Positions 40,146-52,100 of a DNA stretch of 64,000 nucleotides are shown here, piece by piece; position 1 is the first letter of the stretch; each line of letters opens with the position of its first letter. Source of the DNA: Naegleria gruberi (lineage: Eukaryota). Position numbers and translations under genes: made by a program. The stretch is taken from NCBI GenBank assembly GCA_000004985.1, contig GG738866.1, one strand, 5' to 3'. Under the pieces are notes generated by a model, which searched no databases, was not told the origin of the DNA, and worked only from the letters and a program-made list of their open reading frames with translations.

Positions 40146-43100
40146 ATGTCTTCCATATTTCACGTTCCAATCCTTATCCTTATTGTGCTTATTGCTTCAC
40201 AGTGGTGGTATTTAAATCAAGAAAGAACATTGAATCAATCATCATCACCAAATATCGATCTCGGCTTACTCTCAAAGGATTGTTCCTCTCAACTTGTTAA
40301 GAATTTCTACTTTGAGAAGGCTTTGAGCCAATATAAGGAAAAATGTCTTGTTGAAAAGAAGTGTGGTTCAGAATCATTAGAAGGTAGTGCTGAGAATGTA
40401 ATTAAGCAGATAGACGAATTAGTTTCCAATCAAAAAAAGCAAGCCTTGGAAAGAAGATGCAACAACCTTATTATTCATTCCGAAAATGTTCAAATTCTTC
40501 CAAAGCAAACAATTGTTGATCCAAAACTTGATGCAATTTGTGGTAATTCAACAGAATGCATTCAAACTGTTCATGAAATGATCATTTATCATCAGGCCTT
40601 TGCTTTTGCAGTTCAAAAGCTAAAGTTGGATCAAGAAAGTGTTAAGAGATTTTTACAATTACAAATCACCAATCTTGGAGAGAAGGCAAATTCAATTTTG
40701 GAATTTATCAGAAATCCTCAAGGTATTGAGGGTCCATCTGGTTTTTCCATTTCCTTGAAGCCAACACATTCCAGCCATCACTCATTCATCCAATCAGTTT
40801 TTTATGGTTTGATGGCATTGGCTTTGGGATGGTTGTATTTAATGTTCTGTACATTTGTTCAAGTAGAAGATGATTACTCGAAGAAAATGGCAGAGGCAAC
40901 TAGAGAGACAGATGAATTGAAAAAGAAATTGAAAGAGGCAACAGTAAAGGTTCTCGAAAAAGTTAAAGAACTCAATACTGAAAAGGAAAAATTAGAGCAA
41001 GATCTTTCAGATGAAAAGCAAACTTCAACAACATTGACAAGCGAGAAAAATCTACTAGAAAATGACCTTTCAACAATGACGACCAAGAAGAATCAATTAG
41101 AAAACGATTTAGCAAACGAAAAAAAATCTACAACATCATTGAGAACTCAAAAGAAAGAAATCGAGGACAAGCTTGAAAAATCCAAGAAGGAATACCAAGA
41201 CACTCTCAATAAGAAAGACAATGAACTAAAGAATACCAATGAAAAATTGAAAGTTGTGGAGAATGAGAATAAGCAATTCAAGAAGGATTTGGATACTAAG
41301 AGCAAGGATATTACCAACTTGGACAATTCGCTGAAGAAATCTAAGGAGCAAATTGCAGAACTTGAAAAATTGCATGCCCAACTAAAAAATGAAAAAGAAC
41401 AAACATTAAGAGATCTTTCGAATTGTAAACTCAGACTTGAAAAGGAGAATGAATTATGTTCTGCTCAACTCAAAAAGCTTGAACAAGAAATCAATAACCA
41501 AATCAATGATATGAAGCAAGTCGTCCAATCAAAGGTAGTATTAGAAAAACAACTCAAGAAAGTTGAGGAAATGCACAGTGAATTGAAGAGTGAGAAGGAC
41601 TTGCAGACCGAAGAATTTTCAAAAGAAAAGGAAAGATTGCTGGGAGAAATGAAGAATTTAGAAAATGAAGTAAAGAAACAAGCAAAGATTTGTGAAATAG
41701 AAAAGATCAACACTGAACTCTCTGAACAAATTCAACAATTATCATCTGAAAGAGATGCTATTCAAAACGCACTTAATGATGAAACTCAAAGATTAAACGG
41801 CCAAACAGAAAAGATCAGAAATGTATTGGTAGAGATCTCAACATTGAAGAATACAAATGAAGAACTTGAAGAAAAAATCAAATCTTTGGAGGAGGAAAGA
41901 TCAAACAAGGACCAAAGTATTGAATTTTTGCAAGAAGAAAGCAAGGTTCTATCTGAAACTGTTACAACACTTGAAACCAAATTGCAAGATATACATACAG
42001 AAGTTGAAGATATAAAGAAGCAATTGGAAGAAGTTGCATCTCTAAAGAAGCAATTGGGAGACAAGAAAATTGAATTGCAACAAATTAATGATGGCTTGAA
42101 TAATTTAGCTGTCCAACACCAAAAGGAATTGGAAAAAGAAAAACAAAAGATTGAAGAGTACGAAAGAACTATTACTGAACTCAAAAATTTACTTTCCGAA
42201 ATGAATAATGAGTTGATGGAAGACAAGTCAATAGAATTAGAGGCAGAACTGAAAGTTGTAAAGGAGTCTAACAGCAAGCTTTTGAAATGCATGGAAGAAA
42301 GAGATGAACAGATAACTAGCCTAGAGGAAGAAATTAAGGGTTTGAAGTCTCAAACCGAAACTCTTTCTGAAGAGGCAAAGAACTTGAAAGAATCATTGAA
42401 AGAAAAGGATAATGAAGTTGTGATATTGACAGAATTAGTGAAATCTGAAGATCAACTTTTGCAAGTTGACCAGGCTGAAATTAACAATTTGAGTAGTATT
42501 GTTAATCAAGCAGATGAAGGAATTACTTATCTTAAAAACGATTTGAATACTATTAGAACTGTTCTTGCTAGCACTGAAGAAAAGCTTAATAAGTCTGTAA
42601 AGGAGAAGGAAAGAATCTATGATGAATATGAAACTGTTCAAAGGGATGTAAAGAGATTAACAGAAGAAAAGCTTGAAATGGAGAAGGAAATCCAAATGTT
42701 AAAGCAAAGAAGCCCTCGTACATTCAAATCTTCACCATCAAGGGAGAAGGAAGAAAATAGGCGATTGAAGGAGAAGATTGAATTATTGGAAAAGAAACTC
42801 AAGTTATCTTTGAAAAAGATTCCATCTGATCAAAATCTCATCAACAACCTACCAATCATCAATACAACAGCTACCACGCCTTCCAGTTCTTCAACAAGTA
42901 CTTCACCAAGCACTGAACAGGATAAGGATGAATTAATCAAACGATTGAAGGAAAAGCTTGAAATTAAGGAAAACAAATTGAAGGCTGCCATTGTGAGTAA
43001 GCTTGAAGTTGTTGAAAGACTCAAAAACTATGAAGCAGATGCTCACTTCAGCACAGCTTCTGTTGGACCTGGAGCTAATCAACCACATCAGCAACCACAA

Positions 43101-43154
43101 CAACCAGTACAACAGAAAGTGGCAACTCCAAGAAATAACAAGAAGAATTTGTAA
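40146..43154 (+). CDS. Coiled-coil protein (about 1003 aa) with two transmembrane segments and a Cys-containing lumenal N-terminal domain; paralogue of the 54190-63034 gene
   Basis: The first ATG is at 40146 (MSSIFHVPILILIVLIASQWWY...; the ORF-track start at 40104 is TTG). A second hydrophobic segment VFYGLMALALGWLYLMFCTF is followed by about 750 aa of heptad-rich coiled coil. It shares the unit KQAKICEIEKINTELSEQIQQLSSERDAIQ with the minus-strand gene. Confidence 0.75.
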   Translation: MSSIFHVPILILIVLIASQWWYLNQERTLNQSSSPNIDLGLLSKDCSSQLVKNFYFEKALSQYKEKCLVEKKCGSESLEGSAENVIKQIDELVSNQKKQALERRCNNLIIHSENVQILPKQTIVDPKLDAICGNSTECIQTVHEMIIYHQAFAFAVQKLKLDQESVKRFLQLQITNLGEKANSILEFIRNPQGIEGPSGFSISLKPTHSSHHSFIQSVFYGLMALALGWLYLMFCTFVQVEDDYSKKMAEATRETDELKKKLKEATVKVLEKVKELNTEKEKLEQDLSDEKQTSTTLTSEKNLLENDLSTMTTKKNQLENDLANEKKSTTSLRTQKKEIEDKLEKSKKEYQDTLNKKDNELKNTNEKLKVVENENKQFKKDLDTKSKDITNLDNSLKKSKEQIAELEKLHAQLKNEKEQTLRDLSNCKLRLEKENELCSAQLKKLEQEINNQINDMKQVVQSKVVLEKQLKKVEEMHSELKSEKDLQTEEFSKEKERLLGEMKNLENEVKKQAKICEIEKINTELSEQIQQLSSERDAIQNALNDETQRLNGQTEKIRNVLVEISTLKNTNEELEEKIKSLEEERSNKDQSIEFLQEESKVLSETVTTLETKLQDIHTEVEDIKKQLEEVASLKKQLGDKKIELQQINDGLNNLAVQHQKELEKEKQKIEEYERTITELKNLLSEMNNELMEDKSIELEAELKVVKESNSKLLKCMEERDEQITSLEEEIKGLKSQTETLSEEAKNLKESLKEKDNEVVILTELVKSEDQLLQVDQAEINNLSSIVNQADEGITYLKNDLNTIRTVLASTEEKLNKSVKEKERIYDEYETVQRDVKRLTEEKLEMEKEIQMLKQRSPRTFKSSPSREKEENRRLKEKIELLEKKLKLSLKKIPSDQNLINNLPIINTTATTPSSSSTSTSPSTEQDKDELIKRLKEKLEIKENKLKAAIVSKLEVVERLKNYEADAHFSTASVGPGANQPHQQPQQPVQQKVATPRNNKKNL

Positions 43155-43327
43155 ATAATGTACCAATAAAAGAAATTGTTTAATATACTGTAAATCGTAT
43201 TGTTAATATAATAATAACTAAATTTTATTTTTTTGTAAATACACAAAAATATTATGGCGCCATTTTTTAGACTTCCAGCAAAAATTGGATTGTCAAAAGT
43301 GAAGCCTAAAAATCAAACAAAAAAAAA

Positions 43328-43936
43328 ATGGCACTCTCCTATCAAACTGCAACAGAATACATAGCCTCACCAATGTATAGGAAGGCTTCATCAATGCCTG
43401 AATACTTTGATACAGACAGTGAAAATAAGGAGGAAATTACACAAGACCCATTCGAAAACATTATCAATAATACCATTGATGAGGAAGAAGATGATTGCTC
43501 CGATCCATTCTCGGAAGTAGACGAATTTCTTGATAACGAATCTGATCCATTCACAATATCTGATATTGATCCCTTCTTGTTGAAAGATGTTGATCCATTC
43601 CTTGTAGATGACAGAGATCCATTTTATGAAGTTGATGAATTTGATGAGGATGAGGTGGATCCATTTCTTGTGGAAGATACTGACGTTTTTAAGGCTAACT
43701 CATTATTGGATGCTGGAGTAGTGACAGATCCTTTCTTGGCAGAGCATGGAGTTAAATGTTTTGAGGAATATGATGGAGATGATCCATTCTTAATAGAAGA
43801 TGAAGAATATGATGAGAAGGAAATGCATTCTAAAGAAGAGAGCAGAAGTATCTTTGAGTTGGTTTTTACCCTTCACAATTTAGGCTTACTTTGTTTGATG
43901 GTTGCTTTATTAATTCTTTTGGTCAACCACAAATAG
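43328..43936 (+). CDS. Small acidic tail-anchored protein (202 aa) with nine DPF motifs
   Basis: ATG at 43328. The motifs are QDPFENI, SDPFSEV, SDPFTIS, IDPFLLK, VDPFLVD, RDPFYEV, VDPFLVE, TDPFLAE and DDPFLIE. The extreme C-terminal hydrophobic segment is IFELVFTLHNLGLLCLMVALLILLVNHK. Confidence 0.65.
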   Translation: MALSYQTATEYIASPMYRKASSMPEYFDTDSENKEEITQDPFENIINNTIDEEEDDCSDPFSEVDEFLDNESDPFTISDIDPFLLKDVDPFLVDDRDPFYEVDEFDEDEVDPFLVEDTDVFKANSLLDAGVVTDPFLAEHGVKCFEEYDGDDPFLIEDEEYDEKEMHSKEESRSIFELVFTLHNLGLLCLMVALLILLVNHK

Positions 43937-44080
43937 AGATTAAAAAAACTAGGATGTAGTAATAAATGTAAATAAAATTAATATCTAACGGAAGAGAAAT
44001 TGTACAATTCTCCTAATAATATAATTTGTTTTTGATTATTTGTTTGAGTTTGGTGTAACTTGATGATTTGTCACATTTCT

Positions 44081-45070
44081 TCAATCTTTCCAATTTGAAA
44101 ATTGTCTTCTGACTTTAAAATCTAAAGGCGTTGAAAATTTTCTCTGTGCAATAGCAAAGCATTCTTCTTTCAAATGTTTGTCTTCCACTGCTGAATAAAG
44201 AAAGGAAAAGGTATTCCATTGAAACTCATTTAAAAAGGATTTTTTAGAGTATCTGACCAGTAGGTCAGGGGCAAGATCACGGTAGCTTGCCAATACATTT
44301 GGATTCCTATTGATTGCTTGAATCAGTTCGTTAGAATGGCCATCAACTACAATTTCATAAACAAACAAGTTATTGAACATGTATTGGAAAAATGAAATAT
44401 TATCGCGAGTGGCCAACACATTTCTAATTAAGGTTCTCTTATGAGTATCAAATCCATACTTATCAAATAATAGTATCAATTCATAATTTAAAAACATGTC
44501 TCTGAATAATATCGTGGGATCATAGATTGATTGTATCATTCTAACGAATGCATACTCTTTCTCTTCCTCCAAGTCGACAATCAGCTCATTACTATTCGAT
44601 TCTATCATACCCAATGAAAACATATTCTTGAAAAAGTCACTATTCTCTGCAAGCACCATTTTGTGTACTTTCAAGCTGTTAATCTCTTTCCCTTGTTTCA
44701 TAAACTTAATAGTAAAATCAGAGTACAGATCATTATTAAAAAATGATCTATAACCGTCTGTTATAATTAATTCTTTGACTCGTGGTGTTTCATTCTCTTC
44801 TTCAGAAGTGGGGAGTGTGAAATATTCAGTAGAAAACGATGAATCAAACAGTAGTGGTAAATTATTGTTAGATTCCAGTGTTAGAGGAACCTTTCTAAAT
44901 TTCCTTGTTTGCAAATATTCAGCAACAAGTAGTCCATCTCTTTCTTCCTTCCTATCCTTCTCAAAGACTGAGTAAAATTCCCACCTCCACTCCTCAAAGC
45001 TCTTCCCTTTACATTCTTCAGCAAAGGTTAGGCTCATATATTGATCATTATTGGCCACAAATCCAAACAT
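44081..45070 (-). CDS. BTB/POZ-domain protein (329 aa)
   Basis: ATG at 45070. The BTB-like block reads DFTIKFMKQGKEINSLKVHKMVLAENSDFFKNMFSLGMIESNSNELIVDLEEEKEYAFVRMIQSIY. Confidence 0.6.
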   Translation of the reverse strand: MFGFVANNDQYMSLTFAEECKGKSFEEWRWEFYSVFEKDRKEERDGLLVAEYLQTRKFRKVPLTLESNNNLPLLFDSSFSTEYFTLPTSEEENETPRVKELIITDGYRSFFNNDLYSDFTIKFMKQGKEINSLKVHKMVLAENSDFFKNMFSLGMIESNSNELIVDLEEEKEYAFVRMIQSIYDPTILFRDMFLNYELILLFDKYGFDTHKRTLIRNVLATRDNISFFQYMFNNLFVYEIVVDGHSNELIQAINRNPNVLASYRDLAPDLLVRYSKKSFLNEFQWNTFSFLYSAVEDKHLKEECFAIAQRKFSTPLDFKVRRQFSNWKD

Positions 45071-45426
45071 TGATAATTATGGCTGCAAAGTCTTATTGTC
45101 CTTTTTTTAAGATTTGATCAGCAAACTTAACAAGATCTTTTGAAAGTTATTTAACGAAGGAATTCTGTTGGGAGGAAATTCCAGCGAAGGGAATTTTCCA
45201 TCAAAACGTTTTTGAAAAATCCCTTCAGCAATAACAGATTATTAACAACAATCATATCAGCTGGTATGATTACAGGAAGGCTTTTGGTAGAGTTGAAAGA
45301 AAATTCAGAATAAATTCGGGTGTTGATCATTTCCCAATATTTTTTACCGTTAATTTATTTCTAAATATTAATATTTAAAAAGAAGAAGAAAATATCATCC
45401 CACACCATCACATTTTAGCTAAAATA

Positions 45427-45834
45427 ATGTATAATCTAGAACAATTAGAACAACTTTCACTCTACGTGATGAGAAGGTTTGGAGAGTATTTCCAAGTCGT
45501 CTCAGCCTTTTCCAAAATTAATAACAACAACTCGGATAAGATTGAACAAATCAGAGGAAGAATTAACGAACAACGTGAATTGTTGGATACATTAAAGAAG
45601 GACGTTGAAATCAATAGGAACAAGTACTCGGAATCAGAAATCAAAGCCTTTGAAATTGAAATTGAGAAGAGTGAGAAGAGGCTAGCCAAGCAAGTTGAAA
45701 TTCTTCATCAATACGAAAATCAAGTTGATACAATGCATCATACGACATTTAATTTGAGTTTTAAATTAATTGTACAGGTGATCATTGCTCTAACTGTTTT
45801 GGCGTTAATGTTTTATATGGTGTTTTTTTGGTAG
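45427..45834 (+). CDS. Small tail-anchored coiled-coil protein (135 aa), with a SNARE-like topology but no clear SNARE motif
   Basis: ATG at 45427. A heptad-rich region is followed by the C-terminal transmembrane segment LIVQVIIALTVLALMFYMVFFW at the extreme C-terminus. Confidence 0.45.
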   Translation: MYNLEQLEQLSLYVMRRFGEYFQVVSAFSKINNNNSDKIEQIRGRINEQRELLDTLKKDVEINRNKYSESEIKAFEIEIEKSEKRLAKQVEILHQYENQVDTMHHTTFNLSFKLIVQVIIALTVLALMFYMVFFW

Positions 45835-46190
45835 ATTGGTTGATAATAGTGTTCATGAAATTGGATATGATATCAATTGAATGGACAATTCTGGTTTGAA
45901 GGATCTTTGAGTTCTTTTGAACTTTATGTCACTGTAGTTAAATTGTTAAACACGAAGTTTACAAACCAGGACAAATGTATCGTACTTCAGCAAGTCGCAA
46001 GAGCTTCAAAAGTTATTTGATAATTATGAACTGATTACTCATCAACAAACATACTAAATATGGTAATTTTATATGGAAAGTTGTTGTCGATTTTTTGGGA
46101 ATGCTCAATTATTGGACTATATCTTATGATTTATGAAACAAAAAAAGATTTTATTCTAATTGATTCAGAATCTTTAAGTTACAAAAAAAG

Positions 46191-49100
46191 ATGAAACAGT
46201 TACTCTCACCGAAATCTATATTACTTTTTATAATACTATCTATAGCTTCTATTGGATGGATGGTTATTGGCCAAGAGTTGCCCTACTCTTCATCATGGTC
46301 AATTACCAACTCGAATATTCAAACATGTAATACTATACGTGGTCAACAGGATGATTACTTTTATATGGGAGGTAAATTCAGTGGCAGTATTGATACAAGT
46401 GCTATAGGAGTCATATCTCCCGATAGATTTAATAACTCTGTAGTTTTGGCAACATCATTAACGAGTGAGGCGTATGCACTTAAGGTTCAAAAGTCAACTG
46501 GTAAGGTTGACTCATCTATTCAATTTGCACCAAGTGGCAATACAGAAACGATTCAAAGTTCAGAAATTATTTCAATAGGAACGAGTACTCAATTTCAAAT
46601 ATTTGCAGGAATTATCAATACAAATCAAGGAATTTTCATTTCAAAGTTTAACACCAATGGAATGGAATGGACACAAACCTATTTATTTTCGAGTGGAAAT
46701 TACATTACAGTGAGAGATTCAAAAGTGGTTGATACGAGTATTGTCATTGTAGGAACATACAGAGGAGACATTTCCATTAGTAATGGTTCAATTGCTCTCA
46801 CTTCATCCTCGAGTCAAGATTACGAAAACATGTTCATTGCTATTTTGGATATGACTGGATCTATTCAATATATCTATACTAATAATGGTAATAATGCTAA
46901 AGTCATACCACAGAATTTGCACTTGTCTTCAAATGGTGAATTTTGCTATGTTATGGGAGTTTTCAGCGGATCAACTTTGTCATTCACCAAATCCACTAGC
47001 TCATCAGAACAGCTAACTCTCACTTCAACAACTTCTACAGATCAGTACGATTTATTCCATCTCAAATATTCCATCACTAGTAAGGAGTTGGTTTGGCTCA
47101 TGGGCACTACAGGACCTCATCAGATGGACTATTCATACAAGATTGTTGGCAGCTCACCTTCGACCATTTATGCCTTCAGGGATATTATCATTGATCAGGG
47201 ATATAGTGAAAGCAGTGATTGTGGCAGCCAAACAGATGTTCCTATTGCAACTCTGACAAGGAATTTATTCACACTTCTCTCATCGAATGTTCTCTTTGGT
47301 GGAGCATCAGCCACAGGTTCTCAGAGTTTGAGCTTTTTCAAAGCTTTGGATTTTGCAGGATTTTCCAATTCAATTCTCTTCGATAATGGAACTACTTCAT
47401 CTGTTATGAACATTTCCAGATCGACACCACTAACTCTCTCTTCGACAGGATTTACTACCTGTCCTAACAAACAAGCTCTGATGAACTATTCCACAGAGTA
47501 TACATTGAATTATGCCAGTGGTTCCGAGACTATCCTTCTCAAATCCTATGTGAGCATACCAAAGTTATTGTTCACTTCCAATTACAATGTTGGTGTAATT
47601 AATTATGCTGGTATTACATCCACTTTGACATTTAACATGCCAAGTACACTGCTGAGTGTTATCGATAAGAATCTGGTTGTTGATGTTGGTGGAACGAAAA
47701 GGCCAGTGAAGAATTCCAATAATGTCTATACGGCAGACTTGTTTTCAACCACTGTAGGATGGAATAATATCACTATTTATTTCAATAATACTGCTCAGAA
47801 CAGGTATGATTTGATTTCTATGAATTCTGTCAAGACTTTCTTCTTTGATGATTCTTTGGTTATCAGTATTCAGAATAGTACAATTTTATTCAATAGCAGT
47901 ACTTTGAATAATGGTAGAGGTACACTAACATTGACAGGATTATTGAATTCCACGTATAATTTCCCACAGGAATATGTCAGCTCTATTATGTGTAGAGTGG
48001 CTCAACAAAATTTTGCTACCAATATTGATGGTAATCAGATTACATGTCAAAATGTTCCATTTTCAGAGAGGAACACGACAGTAGTACTTGTCTATAGATA
48101 CAGCAACTCTATTTTCTATAACATTTCAAGAAGTTTGGATTTGAGTTTTATTGAAACACGGACACTTACAACTTCTTCACAATACAGGGTGATTACAACA
48201 GATGAGCAAACCAAGGGATCGTTTGCTTTGTCTTTAACAATCGGTAAAACAATGGGCTCTTTGGATGTCAAATTGCAAGCAACAAATCAAAATGGAGCTG
48301 CTTCTTATTTACCATTTACAGTTTCATCAGGTACAAGTATTTCTGCAACCTTGGCAGTGGCTCAATTTGAAAAGGCAAATTTGAAATTTATGGTAAAATC
48401 TCAGAATGACTATGTGGATTTTACCAACACAATTTCTATTCAATTCTTGAAGCAAGTCAAGTTTACATCCTTGTCGAGTACCATTGATAATTCGAGACAA
48501 ATGAAGACCGCATTCAGTATTCAACCAAACCTGATAGATTCATTGAAATCTCAGCTAACTTGCCAATATAATGAGAGTCCAACATTGAGAACTGCTTTGA
48601 ATAGTACTGATAATACATGTAATATTGACAATCGATTCCTTTCCACAAACAATACTCTCCAATTATTGCTTAATATGGGAAATAATGTTTATTTACAAAT
48701 ATCAGACAGTATTTCATTGACATCTCCCTCACTACCAACAATATCCTTCCTATTTACTCCTAATTTTGGTATCAGTGGATTTACTAATATTACAACCGAA
48801 ATTACATCTCAAGATTTGATATTTGAACAATTGAAAAGAAATTTACAAATAGAAATTAATTCCATTCGTTATACACCAACTGTTGGGTCAGATGGAAAGG
48901 TTTCATTTCCACTTGTAACCTCAGTAGCCGGCTGGAATAATTTGACAGTTCTTGGAAAATATTCAACCAATGACACTTCATACTCTGTGATCAGCACTCA
49001 GAGTAAGATTTATTTCTTTAATACTCCACAAACAAATATTTTCACTTTCCCTAATGGAAATATCACACTCCTCACTCCATCCAGCAGTAGAAATTTCATG

Positions 49101-52100
49101 ATTGACTTGGTATTGAGTTCTCCCTTTGATATTCCTTATACCTTACTGAGTCCAAACAACTTTTTCTGTAACATATTTGGAGAGTCATATAGTGCCCAAT
49201 TTGTTTCCAGTACCAGAGTTCAATGTCAAAATGTAGTAAGCAGAGAAGGTGAAACTGATTCTTTTATCACAACTTCTATTCGAAATACCACATTTGAAAT
49301 ATCTTCGAGAAGTCTGTTCACCTTTGTTAAAACAAGAGAAATCAAACCTGTTGGAGTGTCTCTCATTCAATCTACTGATTTTTATATTGGAACATTGCCT
49401 CAAACACAAGCAACCTATTCGTTGCAGATTAATATTGAAGATAGCTTGTTCACTGCTCTACAAATTGAAAATACTCAAAAACTTGCTATTCAACTTACTG
49501 ATCTGCTAACCAATCAGAAACAAGTCAGATTCCCACAAATTACCAGAGGATTAAACATGTCTACTCTTTCACTCAACTTGGACGTTGCCACTTCCCAGTC
49601 CATTTTCAAATATGAAATTAGAGTATTGTTTAAAGGACTGGAGATTTCTCAAGTTGCATTAAAGTATCTTCTTGTGAGAGAATCACCAATTGGAAAGGTA
49701 ATTTCCTCCAGAGATTCCACTGATAATTTACTCATCAACATGCCAAGAATTTTATCAACAGCAACTTCAATTAGTGACGATGAAAAGTTAATTATGGACA
49801 GAGTGTACTGCTCTCTTGGAGATTCAACTCTTTCCAAGGTTACCTATTCTGTGAGTGGTGGTATTCAATGTAAATTTGCAACTGATTTCACATCAACACA
49901 AACCAAATCAGTTCAACTCTTCATGTCCATCAATACTGTGGCCACAAATAGTTCAGTTATCAAAATATCCTCCAACTCACAACAAGCATATCCAATCTAT
50001 TGTTATTCAATTCCTCACTATTTACCAACTGTTTGTTCTTCAAAGGGAACTTGTAAGCAAACTGATAACTGTACATGTACCAACAATTTCCAAGGAAATG
50101 ATTGCAGTTTCACCCAATGTTTTGGAATTGCATCCACTGATAAGACTGTCTGCAGTGGATACGGTCAGTGTCCAACCTCAAATAATTGTGTTTGTAATGC
50201 AGGATTTAGTGGCACAAGATGTGAAAATAAGGTCATGTATGTTTCTGAGGACAAATCATGGCTATCCACCAGTGAATCTATGAGCAGTTTACCAAGATCG
50301 CAACTCTCTGCTCTAATAGAAACAGAGAGTTTGTCCAAAGTTGAATGTGCATCTTTATTAGCAACTGCATCTATTGATACCATTGGAGTTGATGCATTTT
50401 GTTTTGTGAACTCTGTTGATATTGTAATCATGTTGAACAGGAACGTTATGAACAATACTGTATTACTATCTTCCTCGACTATTGGTAGCATCCTTTCGAA
50501 ATCATTTTCACAATATCAAGTGCTTGACACTAAAGGAAAGTCAACCAGTCCAGAAATTCTATTAAGAACTAGTTTCTCAAGTGTGAATTTCCCTGCTGTG
50601 GTTGAACCGCTCATTGTCACTGCATCACCTCTCTCAAATTTAGGTCTATCATGGCAAAGTGATGATCCAACTATTAACAGTCAACTTTCTTCATTTGCCA
50701 ATCAGTCAATTATCAAACTGAATTTAGGAGCAAAAACAAGACAAAATGTAATTTCTAATGGAGCTGTTAATTTGGTTTTGCAAGTTGCCGATTCAACATT
50801 CAATACTTTGACCAAATATTCCACTAAATTGCTTTTGAATCAATCTTCCAACTCTGGAGAAGCAATATTCAATTATGGAGGATCTCAAATTGAATGCCAA
50901 TCCTTTGCCTCATGTGATATTGCCTTTAGTGTTGCTCCTATTAAGGGGTCTTCTATTAGGTCATCTTTCAATCCTGACATTGGAAATATAACTACAAACT
51001 ACATTCATAATTTGAAAAGTTTTGCAGAGGGTTGTTCTACTGTATATTCCCTGCGTAGCAGTGAGAGCAAACAACTGTGTATTAAGATTAGAGATAAGGG
51101 TGTTATTCAATACTATTTGGATGTCAATACTCAACAAGATAATTCCATTGTAGTCACTTTGAGTCAATTCAACACTTCCTCTAAAGTATATTCAATTATT
51201 ACCAGTTCTAACTCTGATATTATACAATTGATTAATTTGAATACTAACACTTCTGTGCAAGGCGCGAAGGATGGAAGTAGTTCAGCAGTATATTTCAAGG
51301 GAATCAAAGAGCAAGAACCATACGAGATTAGATTTACTAGTTCATTAGGAAAGGCCTCCCTCAAGATTCAATATTCCACAAGTATGCAACTCAAGCTCTT
51401 AACATTCATTCCTAAAGTAATGGGAAGAAAATCTTCATTGATATTGTCTTCTCTGGTTGACTCTGATAGCAGCACAGTTCAACAAGTTGATTTCCTGTTA
51501 ACAAAGAAAGGCCAATCACAATCCACGTCTCTTCCAATAGTTCAACAATATAATGATCTGACCTTTTCACAAGCCCTGTTGAATGCTTCACTTTTAGATA
51601 GTGGATCTTTCTACATTCTGAGAGTTCAATCAAGGAATGCTAAAGGACATGTAACCTATATTGAACAATCTTTCTATGTACAATTAGAACCAAACTATAA
51701 TATCAATTGTGCTATTACTCCAAAAGAAGGAATTGCTTATGAAACAGAATTTACAATTTCATGTTTATCCAATAATTTAGATTTAGATACTTATCAATTC
51801 CTCATAACGAATGGTACTCATCAATTAGAGCTTTCCAAAGGAAGAAAGAGAGCATTCTTTACTAGAATTGGATTTTTACAAAATGCCAAACTTCAAGTCA
51901 AAACTAATGATGTTTGGAATAGTGAAAAGACAACAGAGTTCCCAATCCAACTCAAACATCCAAAACAAGTTTATCAAACATCTTTAGAATTTTATCAATA
52001 TTTAACAAGAAAAGTTCAGGATCTTCTCAATGAAGAAGTTTCTCCAAACAGTTTAGGATTTGATTATGTCAACAGTGTCATCACCTTCATGTCAATTCTT

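Noticed and set aside
45100-45420. Inverted GGAATTC/GAATTCC and a GGGAATTTTCC (kappaB-like) string in the spacer upstream of the small tail-anchored gene
   Set aside because: This is a short, isolated match of the kind expected by chance in 300 bp. No Rel-family biology is expected in this lineage. It is not reported as a feature.
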